From Octopus sinensis (taxonomy: Eukaryota): a stretch of DNA of 64,000 nucleotides. The position numbers and the translations under genes are program-made. The DNA lies in contig NC_042999.1 in NCBI RefSeq assembly GCF_006345805.1, positions 33,170,001-33,234,000 of the forward strand, in the 5' to 3' direction. Below the pieces are notes generated by a model. It did not search any database. It was not told the DNA's origin and worked only from the letters and a program-made list of their open reading frames with translations. Numbering within the stretch: position 1 is the stretch's first letter; each line of letters begins with the position of its first letter. Positions 1 to 10,550 of the stretch are shown one piece after another.

Positions 1-1088
1 AACGATAATTCGTTTTAATAGCATATTTTCCGTGAGAAAATGTAATTGTTTTTTTTTCTGTACGCACACACGTCATTACATGATTGAGGTGGGGGTAAAA
101 ATTCAAATTACAACGGACCGCACGTGCGTATCTTCGGTATCGTCATTTCATAAAATGTGTTTAATGGGAGAAAACTATTGAGAAATCATCAATACATGTG
201 AGAGGAAGAAACGAGGGTGGTTTGAGAGGTGCTAGAAACAACAGCGAAATCTCCCTTGGATCATACACACTGTCCTATGAAAATATTTACAACATCTTTT
301 TCATCGAAAATGCTCTTCCCATGGTTTTCAAGTTAATAGAAAATATTGGCCAAAATCCGTCCGGAGTGGGATGGTGAAGAATTTTAAAAATTTTCACAGA
401 AAGATGCCCCCAAAACCAACATCATTACGGATGCTGTTGTGAATTAAAATCAATGGGGAAAATTCCATTGTTTTTATTTTACAACAGAGTAGTTTCAAAT
501 TATTTGGTCTTCCTGATACGTAACTCAAATTTTTCGAAATTCCTCTCCACTCCCACTCCTAAATATTGTCCCTACACATTTCTTTACAATCGTAATCAAT
601 GTCGTTTGAAAAGTATTTCTATAAAATTCCATTAACAGAAATCCATTTTCCTGAAAGTTATGAGAAAAAAATTGGTTCATGTGAATTTTCCGAAACTACT
701 TTCCACCAACCCCATCAGAAAATTATTTCCCATAAAGCCCTATAGACACTGAATCCACAGCGGTATTTATTGAAATTTTCATTAAAAAGTATCCATCTTT
801 TTCTGGAAATTATGAGGCAATAAAATCAGTGGTCTATACATCTGTAGATATACCAACAAACCTATCCAGATTTCACCGTAAAGGGCAATAATTCTAGGTT
901 TTACAGCATAATTTTACGGAACCCCCCCCCCCCAACAAACGCGTATCTTGAGAATCGATTTACGTGAAACATGTTTTATTCCGTTTGTACTCATGTATCA
1001 GGGGTACCTTACTTTCAAGGTATTTTCTCACTATACGCCCCTTTGGGTGTATTAAATGATAGACATGCAAGCAATAAGAGAATTTTAG

Positions 1089-1130
<42 letters not shown>

Positions 1131-1133
<3 letters not shown>

Positions 1134-1581
1134 CCTGGCAGAAGGCGGTGACCTGGCAGAAACGTTAGCACGCCGGGTGAAATGCGTAGCCGTATTTCGT
1201 CCGCCGTTACGTTCTGAGTTCAAATTCCGCCGAGTCCGACTTTGCCTTTTATCCTTTCGGGGCCGATAAATAAAGTACCAGTTACGCACTGGGGTCGATG
1301 TAATCCCCTTGTCTGTCCTTGTTTGTCCCCTGTGTCTAGCCCTTGTGGGCAATAAAGAAATAAGAAACGTTAGCACGTCGGGCGAAGTGCGTAGCCGTAT
1401 TTCGTCCGCCGTTACGTTCTGAGTTCAAATTCCGCCGTGGTCGACTTTGCCTTTCATCCTTTCGGGGGTCGATAAATAAAGTACCAGTTACGCACTGGGG
1501 TCGATGTAATCGACTTAATCCCTTTGTCTGTTCTTGTTTGTCCCCTCTGTGTTTAGCCCCTTGTGGGCAGTAAAGAAATAT
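1131..1581 (+). mobile_element. Tandem dimer of a tRNA-derived SINE with a Nin/Deu-like central domain (family A)
   Basis: Head ggcggtgacctggcagaaacgttag, B-box-like gagttcaaattcc, central gcctttcatcctttcggggtcgataaataaagtaccagt and tail gtaaagaaata. There are two consecutive copies. Confidence 0.85.
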
Positions 1582-1651
1582 ATATATATGTGTGTGTGTA
1601 TGTATGTATGCACAATAGGTACACACATATGCATATATATATATATATATA

Positions 1652-2042
1652 CTAGCAGTACCGCCCGGCGTTGCACGGGTTTGTAAGGGAAATAACTATA
1701 CAGCATTTTTGGAGATTTATAGCCAAAAAATAGCAAAAAATGCATTAAAAATGGAAAAAATATGATGGTAATTTTTTTTTAATCGTTGACTCATCGTAGA
1801 CATTTTTAGAGAGTTACTTTCCTTTAAAAAAATATGCATGAAAATGGAAAAAAATGATGGTAAATTATTTTTAAAATCGTAGACTCATCGTAGACGCGCG
1901 CTAATACCCAGAAGGGCTCGATATGAATCACGACTATAAGATACCCGGTTTTGTTTAAACTGCACCTCACAATGTGGGAGTAGTTAGGAAACTAAATCAT
2001 AGGAGACAGACACTCACACAACTACAGTTTTATATATAAAGA
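1652..2042 (-). mobile_element. Non-autonomous Helitron (complete)
   Basis: On the minus strand it begins TCTTTATATATAAAA and ends with hairpin cccgtgcaacgccgggcgg followed by tactgCTAG. It is inserted between A and T with no TSD. Same family as 48527-48902. Confidence 0.88.
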
Positions 2043-2089
2043 TATACGGTTGTTTCCTTTCATGATCCATATAACAAATGCACTCAGAA

Positions 2090-3470
2090 GTCCTGGGTCA
2101 GTCTGGACCTTCAATACAAGATTCTTGCCTAAGGGGTCATGCAATTGGATTGTAATATTTGGGATGAATCAGTATATAATATTATAGATGCAATATGGTT
2201 AAAGGAAGTGAGGGAAGAAATCATGAGAAGCAGCCAGATCTAAAACTAACAAGTACATTAATAAGCAAAGTTTTAGGGAAAATGCCGAGGACCAGATTTA
2301 GATCAAGGGTACTGGCTAACGAAATTTGGTACTTTCCATGGGAGGCTGAAGGTACAATTTCAGGGCTGCCTTCATGGTAAAATACTACCAGATTGGCGCA
2401 GGAGTGGCTGTTTGTTAAGTAGCTTGCTAACCAACCACATGGTTCCGGATTCAGTCCCACTGCGTGGCACCTTGGGCAGGTGTCTTCTGCTATAGCCCCG
2501 GGCCGACCAATGCCTTGTGAGTGGATTTGGTAGACGGAAACTGAAAGAAGCCTGTCGTATATATGTATATATATATATATGCATGTATGTGTGTTTGTGT
2601 GTCTGTGTTTGTACACCTAGCATTGCTTGACAACCGATGCTGGTGTGTTTACGTCGCCGTCACTTAGCGTTTCGGCAAAAGAGACCGACAGAAAAAGTAC
2701 TGGGCTTACAAAGAATAAGTCCCGGGTCGATTTGCTCGACTAAAGGCGGTGCTCCAGCATGGCCGCAGTCAAATCACTGAAACAAGTAAAAGAGTAAAAG
2801 AGATTGGATGACCAGAGAGAGGACAGTACTGATTATGAATGATAAGAGTATGGGCAATACAGATTCCTTAATACACCCTATAAGTCTCTCCAGATATAGG
2901 CATGGAATTTGACGTAGATAAGTGTGGAATATTAATCATAAGAATGGGACAAGTAGTCAAAAGCGACGGCTTCCAGTTACCAGATATCGTTCTCCCTTCT
3001 CGTTCCTCAAAAAGACTCTCCTATTCTATCGAAATAATCTGTTATGCTCAAAACATTGTCTTAAAGTATCATAGTGAAACACAGAAATATTTGATGGAAG
3101 CCAGGAAATTCAAATGCAGAATGGGCAAGCAATGAAAAGTGTTGAGAAAGTAAAGTGATGAGGGTATTTAGGAATAATGGAAGCAGATGAAATAAAACAT
3201 GAAGAAATCAAGCAAGTTAAAAGTAAAGAGTATACAAGGTGAGTGAGAAAGTATGACAAAGTTCAATTTAAGAAATGTTTTTGAAGGAACACATGCAAGG
3301 ATTATCAGGCAGGCATGGATCTGCAATTGGAGATTAGAACAGAACAGACTTCCGAAACTTCACGGAAAAGCTAAGCTTTAACTTTGTATTGAGCCTACCA
3401 TACAAACGTTGATATTTAATGGTTGTACTAAAAGAGAGACCAGGGTGGAAGAAAGTTAATTGCTAGGTAC
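2090..3470 (+). mobile_element. Decayed R4/Dong-like non-LTR retrotransposon RT region, interrupted by a SINE (also at ~9790-11215 and ~17500-18930)
   Basis: Broken translation WLKEVREE...LGKMP, DIGMEFDVDKCGILIIRMGQVVKSDGFQLPD, GYLGIMEADEIKHEE...KEY and LY.KRDQGGRKLI, with many stops and frameshifts. Confidence 0.65.
2395..2800 (+). mobile_element. tRNA-derived SINE family B
   Basis: A-box tggctgtttgttaag, B-box ggattcagtccc, internal (TA/TG)n, 3' gctccagcatggccgcagtcaaat and a (gtaaaaga)n tail. agatt occurs on both flanks. Confidence 0.9.
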
Positions 3471-3699
3471 ACATGTGTACAGGAAGGAAGAAAAGTCCCA
3501 CTAGAATATTTACTGTACAGGGCAGAGAATAAGTAAATAAATAGACAACGAATAAAAATAGGTGGTCAAAAATAGGCGAAGTAGTGACTGTGTGGTAAGT
3601 AGCTTGGATATTAAACCACATGGTTGCCACAAAATTCCTGCCATATAAGATCCACGAAAGGAAGAAAGATGAAGAGAAAATAGGGAATTTCATCAAGAG

Positions 3700-4130
3700 A
3701 ACACCGGTATCAACAATCTGGAAGTTATTAATGATAGTACCCGACCACAGAGTCCTCCGTAACAGACTAAATAGTTCTTTCTTGTCGGCGCCCAGGGTCT
3801 CCCCGAAAATAACGTCGCACTTCCTCGCCACTAATCCTCTATAAATTTCATTTCTCAAGCGGAACAATCCACTGACCCCGTTGCCTGACTGGTAGAAGGT
3901 TGTGGGCGTCCGACGACATTCTAGGTGCTACGTGCCCAGTTTGATCTCTTCAAGCAGGACTGCAGCTCCGATACGGAAACGAGCTGCGGATCCCACATAC
4001 GCTAACAGTCCAGAAATCGTTGCAGATGGCGTGACCTAAGAACGTGCCTGCGTATTGGGAGCAATTGAGAGCCATTCCCCACTGAGAGGATGCTGGCAAC
4101 ACACTGACCTCCTGACCATTGGATCGCGTC
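3700..4130 (-). mobile_element. LINE-derived fragment (possibly the C-terminal part of L1/Tx1-like ORF2)
   Basis: GC-richer decayed coding-like stretch, YRGLVARKCDVIFGETLGADKKELFSLLRRT...NNFQ. The family assignment is from recall only. Confidence 0.35.
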
Positions 4131-4139
4131 CCTTCTCTG

Positions 4140-4810
4140 GTGTTGTTTGTTCTGATGTAATTCAGTATATCATTGAAATTTTTCGTTTCTTGGTTCAACT
4201 TCCAACGATCAACTTTTTGAAGGTTGCAAATAATGTCGCTATCATGCTCCTGTAGTTTTGCCTTTATTCTGACGTAGATTGCCCTTTGTTCATCTGTCAT
4301 GTTGCCATTAGATTTATTGTCTCCTTTTAGACCATCTATACGTCTCTCATCAAGTAAGCTACCACTGTTCCTTTCTGTGCTATGAGATTGCTTTTATTAA
4401 TAAGAACTGTATTTTCATTGTTATCTCTGCTGCTATTTTCCAAGACCTGTGTTTCGGTAGCTTCGAGATCCACTTCTGTGAACCAACGATTTTTTCTTAT
4501 TGTTCTAGCTTGATCACCAAGACTTGTTCCGTGAGTGGGAACAATCCTTTTTCCCTCTAATGATCATAAACACGTTGTCGGTAACTCCTAATCTTAGCAC
4601 CATTTTCATCCACCGTGTTTCTCAGGTAGTAACACTCCATGATCACAGCATTAATTTACTTGCTCCATCTACGCCGTGTGTGTGGGTCCCTTTCTGGATA
4701 TCGGCAGGCTGGATCCGGACTGGAATCGCTGAGCCTGATGGGTGCAACACTGTCATCATCAGGGGCTCCTGTTTCGTTACCACCGTTATTCACAATATTT
4801 TGTTTATTCA
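4140..4810 (-). mobile_element. 5' fragment of an R4/Dong-like LINE ORF (copies at ~11870-12535 and ~19585-20255)
   Basis: The minus strand reads RRWSK..NAVIMECYY...YRQR...DQARTIRKNRWFTEVDL and LQKVDRWKLNQETK, the typical N-terminus of R4/Dong-type ORFs. It is frameshifted. Confidence 0.6.
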
Positions 4811-4859
4811 TTATATTAGGTAGCGATTATCAGGTTGCGCAATTATCAGTGTTTTTACC

Positions 4860-5183
4860 ATTATTCTCTTGAGAAATGACGACGCCGTGGTGATCTCATT
4901 CTCGCTCACAACATCATAAGCGGGACGTGTAACCTATCGAAAGAGCTGTTCTTCACTCCTGCTCCTGAAAAGCCCTATATACGACGATTTCATCTCAATC
5001 GAAGGAGAAGGGCTTTCTCCGTCCGGGTTGCGGATCCGTGGAATAAGCTGCCGGACAAGATAGTCAAGATGCCGACGACCGCTCGGTTCAAAGTATGAAC
5101 ACCCTCCCTGTACATATCTCCCTGTCCACCTAAATGGCCTTGCTTTTGCTTTTTGAGGCAAAATATACAATTGAATTAAAATT
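4860..5183 (+). mobile_element. 3' end of a CR1-type LINE (copies at ~12585-12965 and ~20303-20680)
   Basis: Translation RRRGDLILAHNII...LFFTPAPERRLRGH...AFSVRVADPWNKLPDEIVKMPTTARFK.SLD (most complete in copies B and C), followed by a short 3' UTR. Confidence 0.8.
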
Positions 5184-5250
5184 GTGACACCATCACTAGA
5201 CGTATCATTAACCAGGACACGAGGACGCTCCACCTGCTCCTTTTATTTTA

Positions 5251-5323
<73 letters not shown>

Positions 5324-5699
5324 CATCATGAACATTATCATGAACATCATCATCATCATCCCTGATATCAATATTATCATTGTTTCGGCCTTAGATTCTT
5401 GTGCTATCAGAATAATAGTAGTTGTAATATTTGTAGTTTTAGCAGTTGCAGCATATTATCATTCTTTTATTTTTACCATTGTCACCATAACCACCACTAC
5501 TATTGTTATTATCATTATTACTATTTCCATTTATTACTAAAAAGATATTGATAAATGTTCTTTGTTTTCAACTTTTGTCTTGTACTTGAGAAAATCATAA
5601 ATATGAGGTGTTGAAAGAAATAGATGGGAGCGGGGAGTTGCCGTTTGGTGAATAGATCAAATCCTACAGGTCTATAAATAGATTCAGCAGCTGGTGTCG

Positions 5700-5733
5700 A
5701 GGTCAGCCATAGAGAGTGGGTCAACAGAGGTCA
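5700..5733 (+). promoter_or_regulatory. Cluster of nuclear-receptor half-sites including a DR4 (GGGTCA-acag-AGGTCA); copy at ~13418-13451
   Basis: AGGTCA at 5700-5705, GGGTCA at 5718-5723 and AGGTCA at 5728-5733. An E-box CAGCTG and TATAAATA lie just upstream. Motif evidence only. Confidence 0.3.
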
Positions 5734-6103
5734 AATTTGTTTACTACTACCAGCGCTGCCTTTCGCCTTGAGAAGAAGCAATCCAACCTGTTCTATTTGT
5801 AATTACTGTTAGAGAATACAATAAAATATTTATATACTGATATTCACGTTGCTGAATTGTTGAATTTCTGAATTCAGGTGTGTTGTAATAATATAAGTTA
5901 TGTTTACATATGAGGGTAGTCAGGGATACGTTTCATGCAACATTTAATATATCAAAGTTTTAAAGTTTTCTTGAGATGTTCGTTTGTCTTTCCATTTGGA
6001 TAATACAGTAGTGATTTTGCAATTGGATGTTTACATTTTTGAATACTGAGGGAGTAAGGCAAGGATAGGTATTCACAGAAGTTGTAGACATTAAAGTTTT
6101 GTT

Positions 6104-6115
6104 GTATTATTATTA

Positions 6116-6146
<31 letters not shown>

Positions 6147-6235
6147 ATTGTTGTTGTTGTTGTTGTTGTTGTTGTTATTATGATCATTATTTTTATTTTT
6201 ATTATTTTTATTATTATTATTATTATTATTATTAA

Positions 6236-6288
<53 letters not shown>
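6104..6288. repeat. Compound (ATT)n/(GTT)n microsatellite; (ATT)n also at 5248-5330, with copies in B and C
   Basis: Seen directly in the sequence. Confidence 0.95.
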
Positions 6289-6289
<1 letters not shown>

Positions 6290-6613
6290 GTTTGTGCTTA
6301 CGAAAGCGTTACAAATGGGGTGAGAGTCGGACAGAGGGAGAGAGAGAGAAGGAATAATGTGCAGTGAGATGCATCGACATTCAACGTGGGAACGAAAAAA
6401 GTATATAGAAATTCATATTGGATATAGTATAGCTGAGATGAAGTTTTAGAAAAACAATAGAAAGCTATTTATAAATAACTAAGGATTCGCGTGCGCGCAA
6501 GAGAGAGAAGGAAATAAAGAGTGAGTGAGAGAGAGACTGGGTGAGAGACGAGAAAAGGAAATAGAATGTTAATTTCGATGGATTAGTAATTTTCAGTAGT
6601 AGGCATGTTACCT

Positions 6614-6837
6614 ATTTCTTTACTACCCACAAGGGGCTAAACACAGAAGGGACAAACAAGGACAGAGAAACGGATTAAGTCGATTATATCGACACCAGTG
6701 CGTAACTGATACTTATTTAATCGACCCCGAAAGGATGAAAGGCAAAGTCGACCTCGGCGGAATTTGAACTCAGAACTTAACGGCAGACGAAATACTGCTA
6801 AGCATTTCGCCCGGCGTGCTAACAGTTCTGCCAGCTC
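6614..6837 (-). mobile_element. SINE family A with a 16-bp target-site duplication (copies at 14332-14555 and 21619-21842)
   Basis: Reverse complement of the family A consensus, flanked by agtaggcatgttacct at 6598-6613 and 6838-6853. Confidence 0.92.
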
Positions 6838-6995
6838 AGTAGGCATGTTACCTTTGTTTGAGGACATACATTAGCCGCATACTTCGAAATTATCGAGGTA
6901 TAACATTTCAGTGATGGAGAATGGGTAGATTATGAGAATGTATGCAAGTGTTTGGGATAGATATGCGTTTCATCAAGGAAAATGTTAGTGATAAT

Positions 6996-7268
6996 TTTTT
7001 TTTTAAAGCATTGACTCATCGTAGATATTTTTAGAGAGTTACTTCCCTTATATAATAGCCAAAAAATGCATTAAAATGGAAAAAAATTATGGTAATTTTT
7101 TTTTTATCGTAGACTCATCGTAGACGCGCGCTAATACCCAGAAGGGCTCGATATGAATCACGACTATAAGATACCCGGTTTTGGTTAAACTGCACCGCAA
7201 AATGTGGGAGTAGTTAGGAATCTAAATCGTAGAAGACAGAATCACAACCTCTCTTTTATATATAAAGA
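6996..7268 (-). mobile_element. 3'-truncated non-autonomous Helitron at the duplication junction (copy at 14714-14984)
   Basis: Matches ~1770-2042 and keeps the 5' TC end, but lacks the hairpin/CTAG end. Confidence 0.85.
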
Positions 7269-7547
7269 TTTACAGTATCTAATAGAAATGGAACTTCCAC
7301 GATAAACCTGAACTCCAGTAAAACCATCTATTTATGATATAGGTGCACACTTCTACAAACATGCAAGGGGAATTGTTTTATAACGTAAATATAAAATTAA
7401 TGCAAAGAATTTTCCCATTTCAGGGTTATGATACTATCGGAGTATTTTCTCAATGTGCTCCGTTTTGGCTATATTAAATTACAAGCAATCACGCACGCAA
7501 ACAAGCACACAAACCATGCTGGCAAAACTAAAGATCTGTACCCAATC

Positions 7548-9152
7548 TGTTGCCTCATAACTTCCATAAACATGGATATTTTAACGAAATTTTCAACAGA
7601 TACTGTTTGGATGCTATGGATTCAGAATATGTAGGGGTATATAGGAACGAATTTTCTCAAGGAGTTTTGTAAAAGTCACACGATCCGCTTTTTTCTCCCA
7701 TAACTTTCATAAGCTGGATATATATTAATGAAATTTTATGCAAATACCTTTCAAACGGCATAGATTACCCGTATAAGGAAATATGCGAAAAGAAATGTCT
7801 TCCGAGGTGGTGGGGAGAGAAGTTTCGAAAAAACAGTGTTTCGTATCAGCAAGACAAAATAAGTTGAAACTACTCCGTTTTGACGGGGATTTACAGGAAA
7901 CGATGTGGGCCGGGACCTTTTTTTATGAAAAAAGTTTTTAAAATTTTCTTTGTACAGCACCCCCTCTTCATCCCAGTATGGACGGAATTTGACCATTTTT
8001 TTCTTTTTCTTTTTTGCTTTTGCATTTTAAAACCATTTTTATTTTTTATTTTAATATTTTCAGGGGAAAAAGTCAGTGGTGTAAGGGAGATTTTGTAGTT
8101 GTTTCTTGCACGCCCCAATACAATCCTCCTCGTTTCAGTCTCACTCTTGAATGTGTTGATGTTTGTCAATATTTGATCTCCCCATAAATCCCTTTATATG
8201 CCATAAAAATATCTGAAAAATTATAATCTTTTTGCAAACACACTCCGTGCTCCGATTGTTTCTGCTTATAAATCAAAATTTGGGAGATCCTGAGAAGGTC
8301 GTTGCTGGCATTTATCCCCAGTGCTACGTAAACGATAATTCGTTTTAATAGCATATTTTCCGTGAGAAAATGTAATTGTTTTTTTTTCTGTACGCACACA
8401 CGTCATTACATGATTGAGGTGGGGGTAAAAATTCAAATTACAACGGACCACACGTGCGTATCTTCGGTATCGTCATTTCATAAAATGTGTTTAATGGGAG
8501 AAAACTATTGAGAAATCATCAATACATGTGAGAGGAAGAAACGAGGGTGGTTTGAGATGGGCTAGAAACAACAGCGAAATCTCCCTTGGATCATACACAC
8601 TGTCCTATGAAAATATTTACAACATCTTTTTCATCGAAAATGCTCTTCCCATGGTTTTCAAGTTAATAGAAAATATTGGCCAAAATCCGTCCGGAGTGGG
8701 ATGGTGAAGAATTTTAAAAATTTTCACAGAAAGATGCCGCCAAAACCAAAATCATTACGGATGCTGTTGTGAATTAAAATCAATGGGGAAAACTCCATTG
8801 TTTTTATTTTACAACAGAGTAGTTTCAAATTATTTGGTCTTCCTGATACGTAACTCAAATTTTTCTAAATTCCTCTCCACTCCCACTCCTAAAAATTGTC
8901 CCTATACATTTCTTTACAATCGTAATCAATGTCGTTTGAAAAGTATTTCTATAAAATTCCATTAACAGAAATCCATTTTCCTGAAAGTTATGAGAAAAAA
9001 TTGGTTCATGTGAATTTTCCGAAACTACTTTCCACCACCCCCATCAGAAAATTATTTCCCATAAAGCCCTATAGATACTGAATCCACAGCGGTATTTATT
9101 GAAAGTTTCATTAAAAAGTATCCATCTTTTTCTGGAAATTATGAGGCAATAA
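7548..9152. repeat. Diverged long inverted repeat (foldback-like), arms ~7548-8190 and ~8490-9152; repeated at ~15265-16865, right part also at ~160-820
   Basis: Reverse-complement matches include cgtatcagcaagacaaaataagttgaaactactc with gagtagtttcaaattatttggtcttcctgatacg, aagggagattttgtagttgtttct with agaaacaacagcgaaatctccctt, and ttgcctcataacttcca with tggaaattatgaggcaa. Confidence 0.7.
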
Positions 9153-9335
9153 AATCAGTGGTCTATACATCTGTAGATATACCAACAAAGCTATCCAGAG
9201 TTCACCGTAAAGGGCAATAACTCTAGGTTTTACAGCATAAATTTACGGAAATAAACCCCCCCCCAAACAAACGCGTATCTTGAGAATCGATTTACGTGAA
9301 ACATGTTTTATTCCGTTTGTATTCGTATATCAGGA

Positions 9336-9604
9336 GTACCAGTTACGCACTGGGGTCGATGTAATCGACTTAATCCGTTTGTCTGTCCTTGTTTGTCCCC
9401 TCTGTGTTTAGTAAAGAAATAGGTATTTCGTCTGCCGCTACGTTCTGAGATGAAATTCCGCCGAGGTCGACATTGCCTTTCATCCTTTCGGGGTCGATAA
9501 ATAAAGTACCAGTTACGCACTGGGGTCGATGTAATCGACTTAATCCCTTTGTCTGTCCTTGTTTGTCCCCTCTGTGTTTAGCCCCTTGTGGGCAGTAAAG
9601 AAAT
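9336..9604 (+). mobile_element. Rearranged/partial SINE family A dimer (copy at 17047-17315)
   Basis: agtaccagttacgcactggggtcgatgtaatcgac occurs twice and the head is missing. Confidence 0.8.
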
Positions 9605-9667
9605 ATATATATATGCGTGTGGTGTGTGTGTGTGTGTGTGTATGTATGCACAATAGGTACACACATA

Positions 9668-9744
<77 letters not shown>

Positions 9745-10089
9745 CGGCGGTTTCCTTTCATGATCCATATAACAAATGCACTCAGAAGTCGTCGGTCAGT
9801 CTGGAGCTTAAATACAAGATTCTTGCTTAAGGTGTCACGCAATCGGATTGTAATATTTGGGATGAATCAGTATATAATATGATAGATGCAATATGGTTAA
9901 GGAAGTGGGGAAGAAATAATGAGAAGCAGCCAGATCTAAAACTAACTAGTACATTAATTAGTAAAATTTTAAGGAAAAATACCGAGGACCAGATTTAGAT
10001 CAAGGGTAGGCTAACGAAATTTGGTACTTTCCATGGGAGGCTGAAGGTACAATTTCAGGGCTGCCTTCATGGTAAAATGATACCAGATT

Positions 10090-10301
10090 GGCGCAGGAGT
10101 GGCTGTTTGTAAGTAGCTTGCTAACCAACCACATGGTTCCGGGTTCAGTCCCACTGCGTGGCACCTTGGGCAGGTGTCTTCTGCTATAGCCCCGGGCCGA
10201 CCAATGCCTTGTGAGTGGATTTGGTAGACGGAAACTGAAAGAGGCCTGTCGTATATACGTATATATATTATATATATATTATATATATAATATATATATA
10301 T

Positions 10302-10334
<33 letters not shown>

Positions 10335-10550
10335 TTGTGTGTCTGTGTTTGTACCCCTAGCATTGCTTGACAACCGATGCTGGTGTGTTTACGTCGCCGT
10401 CAATTAGCGGTTCGGCAAAATAGACCGATAGAATAAGTACTGGGCTTCAAAGAATAAGTCCCGGGTCGATTTGCTCGACTAAAGGCGGTGCTCCAGCATG
10501 GCCGCAGTCAAATGACTGAAACATGTAAAAGAGTAAAAGAGTAAAAGAGA
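10090..10550 (+). mobile_element. SINE family B
   Basis: Duplicate of 2395-2800. Confidence 0.9.

Larger units (their letters stand above)
1..6995. repeat. Tandem segmental duplication, copy A (5'-truncated by the window edge)
   Basis: The sequence at 1 (aacgataattcgttttaatagc) recurs at 8331 and ~16045. ORF-track duplicates (453/8783/16496; 2902/10649/18365; 6637/14355/21642) give offsets of ~8.3, ~7.7 and ~7.3 kb. Confidence 0.95.

Noticed and set aside
2395-2470. tRNA-like A/B boxes in SINE heads (also at 1144 and 60510-60585)
   Set aside because: No complete cloverleaf. They run directly into SINE bodies, so they are not tRNA genes.
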